Positions 26,347-39,900 of a stretch of 64,000 nt of DNA are shown piece after piece. Position numbers and translations under genes: made by a program. The stretch is from Styela clava (lineage: Eukaryota). Position 1 is the first letter of the stretch; the number at the start of each line of letters is the position of its first letter. Where the stretch lies: contig NC_135251.1 of assembly GCF_964204865.1 (NCBI RefSeq), positions 9,176,001 to 9,240,000 of the forward strand, in the 5' to 3' direction. The notes below the pieces were generated by a model that made no database searches, was not told where the DNA came from, and saw only the letters and a list, made by a program, of their open reading frames with translations.

Positions 26347-29300
26347 CTTCGCAAAATGAGGCAATTCTTGTATTTTTCAAACCAGCTAAATAAAAAGTAA
26401 ATTAAAATTTAAAAGTATGTCACAGTTCTGGCATTGCAAAATACGTGACGTCGTCATTTTTTTAAATTCTGTACCTATCAATATTATAATTATTTTGTTG
26501 TAGCTATTCTTGTTATGCCGTGTCTCATTTTATTTTTATATCTGTTTATTAAGATTACATGGCGTCTGTTGCTCATCGCTGTTTTCAAAAACTACAATCG
26601 ATAACTTAAGTTTCAATAAAATGTGTGTTAAACATGCGAGAATATTTCACCTTGATACTAGGGCTGCCAATTGATTTTGTTACATTGTATTATTTATTCA
26701 TTTTTCATATCGCGCATTATTTTTGCATGACGAAAATAAATATCTAAATCTGAATCTGCTGAACACTGGTAAACATGCCGATGTAGAGGAACATCCTCAA
26801 TGCGATAAATGAAGAGGATTTTTTTATGGTCATAAAAATTCCAATACCTTTCAGTTCTCAACACTGATCTCTAGGAGCGCTCCGCCACAAGACGTTCAAT
26901 ACGCAAATGCCCTTCATTGCTGGACGAAAGTACAGTCGACTACAGCTACATAATGACGTACCGTGTGTGGGCGGGGCACAAAAGTCATGATGCATTTTGG
27001 TAAATGGCAACAGCTATTCCCTTCTGAAGCCGCTCGATAAAATTTACGTCATGTAGTAGTAATCGACTAGATACATTTTCTGTTGCATTGGTATTCAAAA
27101 ACGTAACAAAATATAATTTTGTTGACTTTAAAGTAAGATTCGATACAATTTCGATTCCATTGCCGTCTTACTTATATTTCTATGCAATGACGGTGTGCTA
27201 TGAAATCTTATCAAGACCCAAGCAAGTTTGGAGCTCAAGCGATGGAAAAGAGCTAATGTACCGAAAACCTTTTCTCATTTTTGCACATTAATTAAAATTA
27301 AAATAAAAAGTTCCACAAGTACAGGATGGTACCAGAACAAACAACAAAATTCAAAGTATTTTAAACATATTCTGGAGATACCGTAACTTTTGAGCAGACC
27401 ATCCTATATTACTGAAATTTTTCGGTACAATAATACACAAATAGTTCAACTGTGAAGATGTTAAATATATTTTTTTCATTTTCAAGTAATTAGGTAATTT
27501 TTGGTTCTGTTATATTATTTTTTACCACGAACTAATATTATTTTCATTACTTTAATTGCAATTCAGATTTTCTCATTATCCACAGAATCAACAAATTGTA
27601 ATGTAAGTATAACTGTCTCTAGAAAATTACAGTCTACTTCAGGAAATGATTTTTCGTATTCTTTTCTACCGAATACAGTTCGAATTTCAAATAAAACAGA
27701 AACATGGCTTTTACTTAAACAGATATGCGTTCATTAGACATTCTTGGCCGACCTTCAAATAACGCATGCAAAACCAAATCCACCAACGATCGAAATCTGC
27801 CCACTAAAAACCAATCGTGTTTGTTAAACATTGAGACACATTTATATTATTATAATATTTTACGGATGGGTTTGAATCACGCCACATAAATCTTCTGTGA
27901 AAAATGCAATAAACGACAAAGACATGTTAATCGAACTGAGAGGTGTTATGACAAGGAGATACCAATAAACTCTGTACATCCTATTAATATGGTACACCAT
28001 TTATAGTTTTGGTACACCCTGCTGGGGTGTGCTGTACGCTCAGTTGTCGAGCACTGTTCGAGACAGACCTTGAAATAACGAATGAGAAATAAAATCCGCC
28101 CACGATCGAAATTGACCACTAAAAACAAATTGTGTTTGGTAAACATTGAGGCATGTTGTTGTGACTGGCATACTGGTAGAATAGTTCGCATCACATTATC
28201 CTTTTGTAAAAAATACATAAAACGACAAAGATATGCTTGAAATGAATCGAAATGATACAAAGCTATTATTACAATCAGATAACAATAAAACCCTGTACAC
28301 CCTATAGATGTGGTACATCCGGGGTATGATGTACACTTAGTTGCCGAGCAATGTTTGAGACAAACCTTTATATAACGAATGCGAAACTAAAATACGCCCA
28401 CGATTGAAATTTGCTTACTAAAGTATCTGAAATTGACATTATGATACGCAGATTCGATGTGAACGGGTTAAACACATATGTTTTTGTTTTATTTTTAACA
28501 GGTTGCCAATTTTCTATAACTGTATAAATACATATGAAAATAGCGTAATTGTCTACCTCACAATACTCGGTACCGGTATACCCCTATACACCCGTGGACA
28601 CACCGAAAAGGTTGTGCTACACTTCTATGACGAACATTGTTTTAGACAGACCTCCACACAATATAGCGATCGGCGACCGCCCACCTATCGATCTTGTGGC
28701 GTGTATCCTTCGCTTTGACTCACTAGCGACACCGCGTGTCCCATCACTAATTAATTATCAACTCGTTAATTATACAAATGATTCATCCAAAATCAATAGA
28801 CTTCTGGTCCGAGATATGATGAAAGCACATGCAACCTAGCTTTCGTGAGATATCGCGAATGTCGAACAGACAAAAAAATACCTATCAACATACTTACCGA
28901 TCGGGATCAATAAGTAATAACGAATACAAAACCAGAATCCACAGACAATCGAAAATTGCCCGCTACTGACTGTGCTTATTGAACACTGAGACACATTTAT
29001 ATGACGATCATAACCTTTTTGCCCAAAATGCATAAAACGACAAAGGTATGTTGAGATACCAATGTGATCCGAAATAAAACATGAATAAATGAATAATTCA
29101 GCATGTAGCAGTTTAAACATTTGTTTTAGAGTTCGCCTAATAATGATGTTATTCGATGAAAGTGGTGCAAAGCTTCTTATTTCTCCTGAAAAGACTGGTT
29201 ATGTTAGCCTGAACACTCCTATTGGCTAAATTAGAAAGCAGGGACATTTTAATACTGAAATCAGATGAATCTTTGTGTACTTTTTTTGCTGGGAATTTTG

Positions 29301-30963
29301 GTACTCCCATTGTATGTATACCAGGTTAGGGTTAGACCCTAAATTTATTCCGATTTTCCTTTTCTTAGTTCAATTACGAGTTCAGGACTGTCTGCGTTAG
29401 GTAAGTGAATACATCCCCTGCTCATAGGCTGCAGTCCCCGAACACCAATTTATGTAAAATAGGCGAACAAAATTAGTTACCTTCATATTGATTTGGAATT
29501 TTTCCAAGCCCATTTATGGTCTATGCGGTTAGATCAGACATGCAGCCTTCACATATACATTTATCATTATATTTATAATTAGCTCATATATGTCATGTGC
29601 ATTAAATAGTGGAGTCATTAGAAAGCGAGTTGAGGCATTAATATTTTCCAAGATTTTCTGGGTAGTTATAGACACTTATCAGTGGTATTATTCTTTGCTT
29701 TTTCGAACGGACTAAATAATAGTAATCTACCACACCTTCGGGCAAGCGTTCATAGCGATTTGTTGTCCGAGCCATTACAGAATGGCAAATGTTCATATAC
29801 ACAGCAGAAAGCGAATAAAATTGTCAAAAAGTGGTAAAGCGGCAATGGGGAATGAGCAAAAAATAAATGTTTTTACACTCCCACATTTTGTTTGTTTTTA
29901 AGGTATAAATATTCTTTGACCCTACACATCGTTGTTGTAATAAATAATAAGCTTATTTTCGACAAAATTGTATTTATCTTTTCGTGTGATCCATAGACAT
30001 CGTAGTTTCATTTGAAATATGAGAGCTAGGAAAGCAGAAATTTTTCAAAACTCATTTTTAATTCATATACTTTTGTATGGTCATATGTAGATAAATAATA
30101 ATTAAGGCGTTGTTTCAAATGAAAATAAAAAGCAAACTAATTAAACTTGTCCACAATTATCACACTAAACACGCATCACCACTATTTTGTGATATTTTCT
30201 CGATTCGCAATGTCCTATGTTTTAAATTCACTTCCGAATGCATTTAAATATTTTGTATTTGATTCGCACGAAAGCAGCAAACAATGCAACCAAAGTCCCG
30301 ATATAAAAGTTTCCTCCTTGCTCGCATGAATTGTAACAGTGTTCCCAAATGCAAATATTGTAATGTTGGTCACAAATAAATCCACATAACTGAAAGTATC
30401 TGATTATTTGAAATGTTTTGGGGCTAAAAGTTAATGCAAATAATACAGGCTCTCAATGAAATCTTTCATCTTTAAATGGATTTCAATGCGTAAAGGATGA
30501 GGGTAGCGCATTGATCCAAAACCTAATCGTTTCCGTTGTATGACATTGAATGAACTACAATGTCAAGATGAAATGCCAAAATGAATTCCAGTATAGGATT
30601 ATGAATACTCCATATGAAGGGTCCATACTTCCCTCAACGTTATTAAATTTTTAAGTCCATTTATATTTTCGGATTTTTAATCAAAATTAACAGGGTTATA
30701 CTCCTTCATTGGCTAAATAAAACCAATATATATTTTTAACGAAAAATATGAGTGCAATAGAAAAAAGGCCAGAAGTTTTACTAAAATGGTAAAGAAATTT
30801 TGCGACCAATGCCTAATAAATATGTAATGAAATCTTGTTTTCGGGTACTTGTCGTATCTTTGATTTTTATGAATTCGTCGATTCGATTATTTCCCCAAAT
30901 ACTTTTAATTCTTTTTCTACAGATTATTATTTTTGTACAATATTCAGTGTCTTTCTGCAAAAA

Positions 30964-32420
30964 ATGAAAATCGACGATTGTTGTGAAGCTGATTGTAATG
31001 TTAACAAATGTAATGTAAGAACAGGCTTCGACAAGCTTTGTGCAGTATTATTGGGGGGGTATTCGATTTACAGCTTGTTATCGACAATTGTGACCATTAT
31101 ATCGAACAGATGGCTCGATGCAACAACGAAAGTGCATCTCAAGGGCTATCATAGCTATGCGGTATTGGAAATGAAGTCAACTGCACAAGCTCAATTAGTT
31201 GTATACAATGCAATGACACTGAACAAGAGACGCATTGCAAATCATTTAGTAAGTATAAATATAAATAGGATGTTTGTCGGTCATCGGTCTTCAGACTGCC
31301 CAGACTGGCTGAAAGAGTAGTTATAGAATTAGAATACGAGACAGTGAACTTCTAAAATATATTTGACAATGGCATAGCAAAAAACAAACAATATAATATC
31401 AAACACTTGGTATAATTTGAGTAACACCTCACTTAATAAATTCTACAATACAAAAGTATATGAACCACCTATTTCATCGCACTCCATTTTTTGGTACCAC
31501 TTATAATTCATTCCATTCATTTCAGAACGTGGAATCGACGAAAAAGTTGCATTCGGTCCATTGTCTCTGCATCACTTCGTTTCATTTCTTGCAGCCTTTC
31601 TGACGTCGTTGATTGGTTTCACCATCAAAAAGTGTTGCTCTGAATGTTCGAGACCGCACTTTGTGACCATTGTTACATTGGAGTCTATTGCAGGTGCTTA
31701 TTTTCTACTTTGCTTATTTTCTACGGTATGATATTTCTATCAAGTCTTTATTCATGTATTATCGGTTTTAAAATAATTTTTAGTTCGATTCAACTTATCA
31801 GTTTTTTCAAAACATTATAATGACTTAACTTAAAGTTCGACTGCGCGATACTAGAGATACTAATATAGACACCATACGTTTTTGAAATGATTTTACGATT
31901 AACATTTGGAGCTCATCGACTATGATCGTAGCTGGTTATGAAGAGTTTAGGATCTCTCCAATCTATTCAACTTTTTAAAGCCAATTGGTCATCGTAATAA
32001 AACGTATTAAATAAAGATTTTCGAGTTCAAATGTTCCCCACAAACTCGATGCTTGTCATTATAAACAAATACTCACTAAAAATGTATTCGAAACAAAAAA
32101 CTAGACGAAAATATTCGAATGCAAAGGTTTCTGATTGACATTCTTTTCTAATTCATGAGAGTAATTTCAAATGATATAATTGAAAAATCTATTTTAATTT
32201 CACCTTCATGGATCTTGCCACAGCCATAATCTACGCTGTTTATAACAAAGACAAAAACTGGAAGATATTCCTCGCATAGGTTCTCTGTGTGCAAGATTTG
32301 GAGTCGCATTCGGTGCGACATGTGCTAGAGTATTCTGGCTGATTCTACCATGGATTCTATTTGTAAAATGATGGTATAGCGCACCATTGACTGAGCGGAT
32401 AAAGAAACAAAAGAACAAGA
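30964..32420 (+). pseudogene. Claudin/PMP22-like paralog, frameshifted
   Basis: ATG at 30964 (MKIDDCCEADCNVNKC..). There is a 1-nt deletion after NRWL in exon 1. Exon 2 (31526-~31693) has 4-nt and 2-nt deletions relative to 14178-14351. The exon 3 acceptor AG is missing and there is a TCA>TGA change in KSWY. Confidence 0.85.
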
Positions 32421-33331
32421 TGAAAATGAAAATACTAATCTAGCCTAGTAAATACACGTATCGTTTTATGAACCTTCATGTCAATACAGCTTCAATCGTT
32501 GACATTTGTCTCGACAGGAATGACTAATTTTTTAGCAGATTTCGAAATAAACTAAAAATAAATCAAACGGAAGTTTTCATGTTTTTTATTACCAACAGCA
32601 TACTATTTTAGAGTAATACATATTTGGATCTGTTGCAGAAAAAAGCCACCCCGCCGTCACTCAAAATAAAAAAAAATATTCATTATCCAGTCATTCATTC
32701 CTAACCCGAACCCTAATTGATAATTACTAATTTTTTATTTTAAACGTGCGGAGGTCTTTTTCTCAAATCTCACATTTTTGCAGTCTACTAAAGTTTCAAT
32801 TCTTTTTGCATGCTTATGTATATAATCATTGGAAGGGCGCTTAATTGAGCAAGAACACAAATTGGCTATGGCAACATTTAACATAAACCAGGAAAGTAAA
32901 ACGTTGTTCCGGTGAATAAACATATATAGTTATTCGCAGCTTTCACATTGCGTGTCTGTCTGCTTTTGTAGCAAATATCGGCCGTTTATAGATAAACGGA
33001 ATATGGAATATTTGTTTAGTTTTAAAAATCACAAATTGAATTTTTCCCGATTATATTTATTGATTCCAAATTATCTTCTCATGTCAATTAAAATATACTA
33101 ATCGTGCGAATATGCCTATCTGTGTAGTGTAGTGAGGTTTTTCTGCTATCATGACTTTCACTCAGTCAGAACGCTCAAAAATCCATGCCAGAGTATATAA
33201 TGATATATCAATTGGTACTGGTGCGTGTACAAATATGTGGAATAAAGAAAACTCCTAGATCGAGTGTTAGTTAGTTAAAAAGCAAGTTTAATAGAATTGC
33301 ATTGGTATGTAGTGTTGAGTGATATTTTGTA

Positions 33332-33569
33332 GGTGCTCCCGCGTAGTATGTAAACCAACATGGCGGGCACCGGAACGCAGTATGTGTATCAGGTTAGGGT
33401 TAGGCCATAATTTCTGGTACAGATACTACGGAAGTCACTTGGCTATTCCCCGAACTGGTAATAGAACTAAAATAAGTTAAATCGGAGTGAAATCATGGCC
33501 TAACCCTAACCTGGTACACATATTACGTTCCGGTGTCCGCCATCTTGTTTCACATACTACGGGAGCACC
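33332..33569. mobile_element. Hairpin MITE with ~85-bp TIRs containing GGTTAGGGTTAGG; 8-bp TSD
   Basis: Termini ggtgctccc...gggagcacc, flanked by attttgta / atttcgta. The paralogous site at ~15661 in duplication copy 1 is empty. Confidence 0.9.
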
Positions 33570-35640
33570 ATTTCGTACATTAGTAATATTATATCTTGAT
33601 AATATCGTGCCGTATTTTCCACGCTTTGAGTAAACTGCACAAGATGGCAAGTGGAAGAAGAAATGTGTTATGCGTTTCGAACACAACAATCGATCCTGGT
33701 GAACGAAGCTAACAATCTGAAATTATAATAGTTAAGTCGTTATTCAACGATTAATTATTAGCCGCAATTGTTGACTTTATTTCGAGTCCATTCTTAATTC
33801 AACAAACATTGTATAATCAATATATAGTTTATATGTTACGTATTAATTAAGCAATATTTCTGGATGAAATTGCCGATGCACGTGTACATATAGGTCGTTA
33901 AAACAGATGCCCAGATAAAATATGAATACAAAACATTTAATTGCTTTCTATAAAATAAAAAACAGATAAAAAATTAACCATGAGTTTTTGAGTCTTAATT
34001 AATTCATCATTTACATTTCGAATACATTTCCATATAAAGTTTAGATTTTCCACAGAGAAGAACTTAACTTTTTAACTTTAAACGTGAATGAAAAATGCCC
34101 CTCCGTCATGAAATTATATTTTAGTAAAATCTCCAGATTTAGAATCTCACAACTTAAATTATTTTTTTTTTGTGCAATTTATTCAAAAAAAAATTGCATA
34201 TTTCCTTGTGTTCTTATGAATCTATATGTAATCATGTCTGCATGGCGCACCTAAATTCCCAACCCGCGAATAAGATGATTTAGTTTGGCCGTTGAGCTTC
34301 TGGCTACTCATTTAAAGTTAAAGTGTTAAAATGGTTTCCGACGGCATGGTTTCCGACGTTGTTATATTTTTGGCATAGATACAACAGTCACGAATTTTTT
34401 TTTTTATGTTCGTGCTAGCTGTATAACTGCAACAAACAACGAATGGTGAAGTAATTTGCTGAAAGTGGCATTTACAATCTAACTTATTTTTAGAGTTGTT
34501 GAGTGAATACCAGATATTGGATGTTGTAATAAATGATTTGAGGCAGATACAGACATACATTTAGCAGTACGTTTATCAACCTTGTGCAAACAATCTTTGT
34601 TTGATGAATTGCATTTAATTAGCATAGTTGAAAAAATATCTAAGCTCCGAAGTCTTATTGATACTGATCATTTTTTCACAGTTTACCTTTGAAATATCAG
34701 CTTACAAATACATGCCGCCATTGGAGATCATATCAGCCACCAAATTAATCACGGTCAAATAATCTAAGTCTGTTTTGCTAAGAAATGATTTTAAAAAATT
34801 GTGTAAGTAAGATACTTGGATGATGTCGCGCTACCCGCATTCTGTTTCGAGTATATTAACTTATGGGAGAAACGAAATAGGACCATTTCAATTTTATCAT
34901 GGTCATAATGACATTTCAGTATTGGGTTACACCCCGTGCGATAAATACGAAGTTACATCTTCGCCTAGTGTATCCGGCACCAAGGTAATTCTATCAGAAA
35001 TTAAATACTAAATATAAACAGCTTTGTCAATTGTATTTTTCTGCAAATCAATAACGGTTACTACAATCTTCATTCTTAACGATTTAGATAAATTAAACAT
35101 TCAACATTTTAACCAAAATATAAACGATGAAAATCAGTAACACCAATGTAAATTAATAAAAGGCTAGTAATGTATTAACAAAATAATTTTAATTGTTCTT
35201 TACAGATCATTCAATATTTGTCACATTTGATGAGATGTTAATAAATATACACGCGCTGATGATACCGAATGCTGAATTTATTACAATCACAAGAATTACA
35301 GCAGTCCGACTAACATTTTAAATTTTCTACTTCGCTTATCACGCCGATAATTGATTGATGATTGATTGCTCACCGGAGAGAAAAACATTTCTTTCATCTT
35401 GAGAAACCTTTCACACAACTGTCTAAATATTCTAAAACTCTATAACCATCCCGGTAAGTATGACCAGTGGCGTAAATTAAACTGTGTGGTGTGATACAAT
35501 ATGAAATGACGGATACTACGTTAGTTTTGTGAAAAATGAATAAATGAAAAAAACATTTTGCTCACCCCGAGTAAGATTTAGTTGAGAATCTGAACCTCAG
35601 AATTCAAAGAACCAAGAGTTGAAATAATAATTTAAAATTC

Positions 35641-35875
35641 GGTGCTCCCGAAGTATGCGAACCAAGATGGCGGACATCGGAACGTAACATGGGTAACAGG
35701 TTAGGGTTAGGCGATAATTTTTTTCAATTTTCCTTAATTTAGTCTTATTATCAGTTCGAAAACTAGCCAAGAGCCTCCCGTAGTATTTATAGCTGAAATT
35801 ATGGCCTAACCCTAACCTAGTACACATATTACATTCCGATGTCCGCCATCTTGGTTCGCATACTTCGGGAGCCCC
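35641..35875. mobile_element. Second copy of the GGTTAG hairpin MITE; partial copies at ~11324-11370 and ~29300-29345
   Basis: ggtgctcccgaagtatgcgaaccaagatggcggacatcggaa...caggttagggttagg / cctaaccctaacc...tccgatgtccgccatcttggttcgcatacttcgggagcccc, flanked by aaaattc / aaaattg. Confidence 0.88.
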
Positions 35876-36989
35876 AAAATTGCAGCCACAACCATTCTAT
35901 GATATCGCAATCCAAAATTAGACCAAATATCAATATCTTTCTTTAGCCTTTTATTGTTGTCTGCCTGTACCGTCGTGTTTTAATATTATAGATTTGAATT
36001 ACATCGCACGCGACCGAATTTTAATTTGTGCGACAACTCTTGCAGCCACAGCTATTCTATGATATAGCAAGCAATCAAAAATCCGATAGGACATCAATTT
36101 ATATCAGCAAGTTTTCTTTCCTGATTGATCGAGCGTGTTCTGGGTATCCAGTTACAAATACTTCTTTGAATAAATACGTTTGATTTTTCTACTACATTTT
36201 CAGACTTGTATCACGGGTGTCTCTACTCGCGCCTTCCATCACCCTAAAGTACCATTTTCTTTTATTCTTTTATATTGTTTATTCATAAAGTGAACTTTAG
36301 TATGGTGGAAAATTAAATTACTAATTACGGAGTGAATGAAAATTGAATGGACATGTAACCAATTGGTATTAAACAAGAAGCAAGACTAATTCAACAAGCA
36401 TCAGTGCAAACGCCGATCACAAACGATTGTGCTATATTCGCAAAGTATGAATGGATTATATATTAATGTTTAAGAGTATATCGAATTTTTTCTGACAAAA
36501 TATGACCATGCTGCACGGTCTATTATTAGATCTTTTTTCATTTATGTTAAGCCACTGTTGTGAACATGACGAAGACAAAATCAACATAATTTGTTTTGCT
36601 TGCAAATGTACATAAGTATTTTATCTTCAAATCTAAAATAACGTAGTTCTTGGTGCTCTTTAATTCAAATATATATTCCAGATGTCAAGAATATTTGTGA
36701 ATGTACATGAATTAACCCCACATTTTCATTTTAATTCCTGAAGGCTATTGTCTGTATTTCCTGATATATGTTTATATTTCACTTTTAGACTAGCATTAAA
36801 ACTGTACAAGAAAAGTCAAACTTCTGTTAATATGTTTTATTACTCTGCGTTATAGAATTGTTAAATAAACAGTGCTTAAACAAGGCCAACAACTATTAAA
36901 TTATTAATATTCCTAATTCCTATTAAATATTCCTATTAAATAAAAATAACATACATACAGTTTGCAACATCTTTAAAAATGACCAACAT

Positions 36990-39900
36990 TTAACCAAAAC
37001 AAAAATTAAATACCTCAAATACATTTCTAAGTCCCAAAGCAAATACAAGTACTACCAGTATCAGAAAATTACGACGTACTTTATTTTCTTCATTCACAAT
37101 TTTGATATTATCTTCAATCTCGTTGCTCAGGTTGTTTCGTTCTTGCTGCACAATTGCTGACATTTTTGTCTTCAATAGGTTTGTCTTTCGATCAAACATT
37201 TCCATTGCTGTTATTTTATGCTGATTACACAAGTTTTGAATTGTAGAATCATATCTTTGAGTATGCTGAAATATAAATATGGTATTACAAATAAAACACG
37301 GTATGTTAGTTACCATATATTGCTTAAGGCGGTATGTATCAAAATTACGAAAGAAGGCATACGATTAGATGTCATTGTTTAAAAACGTTCGCTATAACAT
37401 TATTTAATTAAAGTAGTACGATTTTTTTGGAATTTCAATTATTACTTAATGTGTCTGGGGGATAAGTGTTATGATTTTTTTGCCAATTTTTGCCAATTAG
37501 ATAATTAGTGAAACTTAACTGGCCCATTCAAGTCAGAAATGATTATAAGTGGTAAACATATAAAATATTTGATTTTTTTTTTTTTTCTACAGAATAAACA
37601 AATCAATGTATATTTTTAACTATGATATAGAATTTTCAGTGAGACTTGTCCTACTTACGTTTCGCATTTTGTTCACAAAAAGATTGTATGCTTCGCTTCT
37701 CGCTGTTTTAACTTGAGATTTGTTTGTCTCCTAATTTAAAAATAAAAATAAAAAAGAATTATAAAAAATACAAAGAGAAACCACATCTACCATCTATTTT
37801 TTATTTTATATAAGTTAGTTGTTTAATTTCTTTTATCCCATCATTAGTTTGTCAAAAGTAGAACAAATATTCACACACATGCTCTTGTTTCTCGAGTTGT
37901 ACTCTAGCTTGTTCTGTCTTGTTCTTACTCTTGAATATTGAAAACTTATTCTCTATTTCTTGTCCCAATTCCTCTTTATTATCCTTGGTGATACTGTTAC
38001 AAATAATTAGAAGCATACTGAAGTTATCTAGTAATTGGCCACTGCTAATGGAAAAATTTAATTGTATATTACCCAAGTATTATGCAAATGTGATATATCT
38101 AATATTGGAAGAAGTGAAAATGTTAGTTTCTATCGTCGATTGAAGCATGAATATCTTATCAGGAAAATTAGGAATGTGGAAATAAAGTTTTTGGTAAAAG
38201 TAGCAATAGAAATAATTCAGGATATGTTTAAAATGATAAAAAAATGAGGTAGACACGTTGAATTATAAATAATTTATTTTCTTACTGAATGACTCCCTAA
38301 ACTGATGGATCGCTGCCCACAATTGCAATTTTCCAAATGTATAAATTTTTTGGGCAAACCTGTGCTGCAGCTTATTAAGACATTTAAAGCATACTTGTCG
38401 CTGCCTGAAGCTCTTTCAAAGCTTGTAAAAGCATTCTCTTTGAGCGCTGTGTGCTTTTCCATGAGATTTGTGTCGCTCGGAGGTGAAGAGTATTGAGATA
38501 TATGCTGTAGAAAAACAGTTACACATCTTTAATAATGACAATCACTTAAATATTATTTGTTCATATCAGTAAAACTGAAATATTAAAACATAACAAATGT
38601 CAGAAAATGGTTTATGCAATAATATTACCAAAAACTGGTTTTTCATTAATAATTTTTTATAAGATTAATCAATTTAATGTTTAATTAACTCCAATGAACA
38701 TACTTACCATTTCCATGCTGTCGCAATAATCTCTCACTACTTTCTTTGTTTCCCTGCGTTTCTAAAAACACGTAATATCCTATCAGCAGATTTAACAACA
38801 ACAACAACAGTTGATAACGCAGGAGGAAAATTAGCCAATTTCACAAGATTTTTTAAACATTGAACAAATAGGAATATCTAAAAGTTATAAAGAAATTGAC
38901 TGAACAATGAGTTTAAAAAATATATCTTTTCGTATTTTTTGGCGAGTGACATAAGTAATTTCTGTGAATATAAATTCAGGTAATATCTCGTTTTATTTGC
39001 AATATTAACCAAGTCGCAACGTTATACATACGCTTAGACGAACGCATGTTTTCTTTTGCTTTTGAATTTCCAAAAGCACGCTATGCCTCGATATTGATTA
39101 TTGTTTGCAGCGATTAAGCAACACAAAGACAATCTATATTCACCTTTTTTTCAAAATCTGCATCCTCGTTGTTTTTATTTATTGTCTTGAATATTTCAAA
39201 TCTATTATCCATCAATGATACCAGTTTTTCGAGATCTTTTGCAGTGTCACAATTTCTGCACAAAACATACACAAGAAATATTAAACAACACAGAAATTGA
39301 GTAAATTTTAGTATAAATACCATTAAGCAGTGATCAATCTGGCCAAACGGAAAAGTCTTAATAAAGCTTGCAAGCTTGAGGATATTTTCATAAAATCTCC
39401 GATTTTTTTTTATCAGTGGCGTTGGGCTATCTGATGTGGTTCCTAACCGTTGTGGTCCGCAGACCGATGAAGCTCCAAAAGGTATTTATGCCGGTCCGCG
39501 AAGCTTTTAAGGCGGTCCTGTTGAAATATGTTGTTTTGCAGTTTATAGTCAACAGGCAACCGCTTGGTTACCGAAAAGAAAATCTTGCGGTGATTTATAA
39601 AAACTTTTGAACAGCGGTTAATCTTTTTCAATGCGCACTTAACTGCTTTTAAACGGCTTATTTTACCACATTAGCAACACTGGATTGATATCTGTTGTTT
39701 GAATTAGCAAGAAAGTCACACGAGTGGGCTTCGAGAAAAACGCTTAGCTAAACGTCTAGAATTCATCGTTTTATAAATACGACCGATTTCAGTAAAGCAT
39801 GACAGGACAATTTTTTTAGGAGGCTCTCGATTTGGAAGATATGCATATAAGTGGCTCGTTCTGTTGGATATTCCATACATTATTGCCTTTAGTCATTTAA

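Larger units (their letters stand above)
17647..26647. repeat. Large inverted duplication (palindrome): arms 17647-21982 and 22369-26647, spacer 21983-22368
   Basis: The arms are near-identical reverse complements (mirror ORFs 18657+/25453-, 20176-/23860+, 17973-/26104+). The right arm has a ~60 bp deletion in intron 1. Confidence 0.97.
26664..33865 (+). repeat. Segmental duplication copy 2 (direct repeat of 8803-15950)
   Basis: See copy 1. It begins about 16 bp after the end of the right palindrome arm. Confidence 0.9.

Noticed and set aside
30835-31320. 161-aa ORF, the longest in the track
   Set aside because: It is a chimera of upstream sequence, claudin-like exon 1 and the wrong frame after a 1-nt deletion; it belongs to a pseudogene.
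33380-35820. GGTTAG/CCTAAC hexamers as interstitial telomere
   Set aside because: There are only two units each, embedded in MITE TIRs.
35878-36150. Twice-repeated tgcagccaca..attctatgatat segment as extra 3' exons of the repeat gene
   Set aside because: There are stops in the candidate frames, no clear donor, and an interrupting MITE. The evidence is insufficient.
38286-38394. Extension of exon 38395-38504 to the gtaag donor at 38285 (track ORF 38274-38462)
   Set aside because: It would end in phase 0, but the next exon (37879-37993) starts in phase 2. The gtatgc donor at 38394 fits both frame and repeat pattern.
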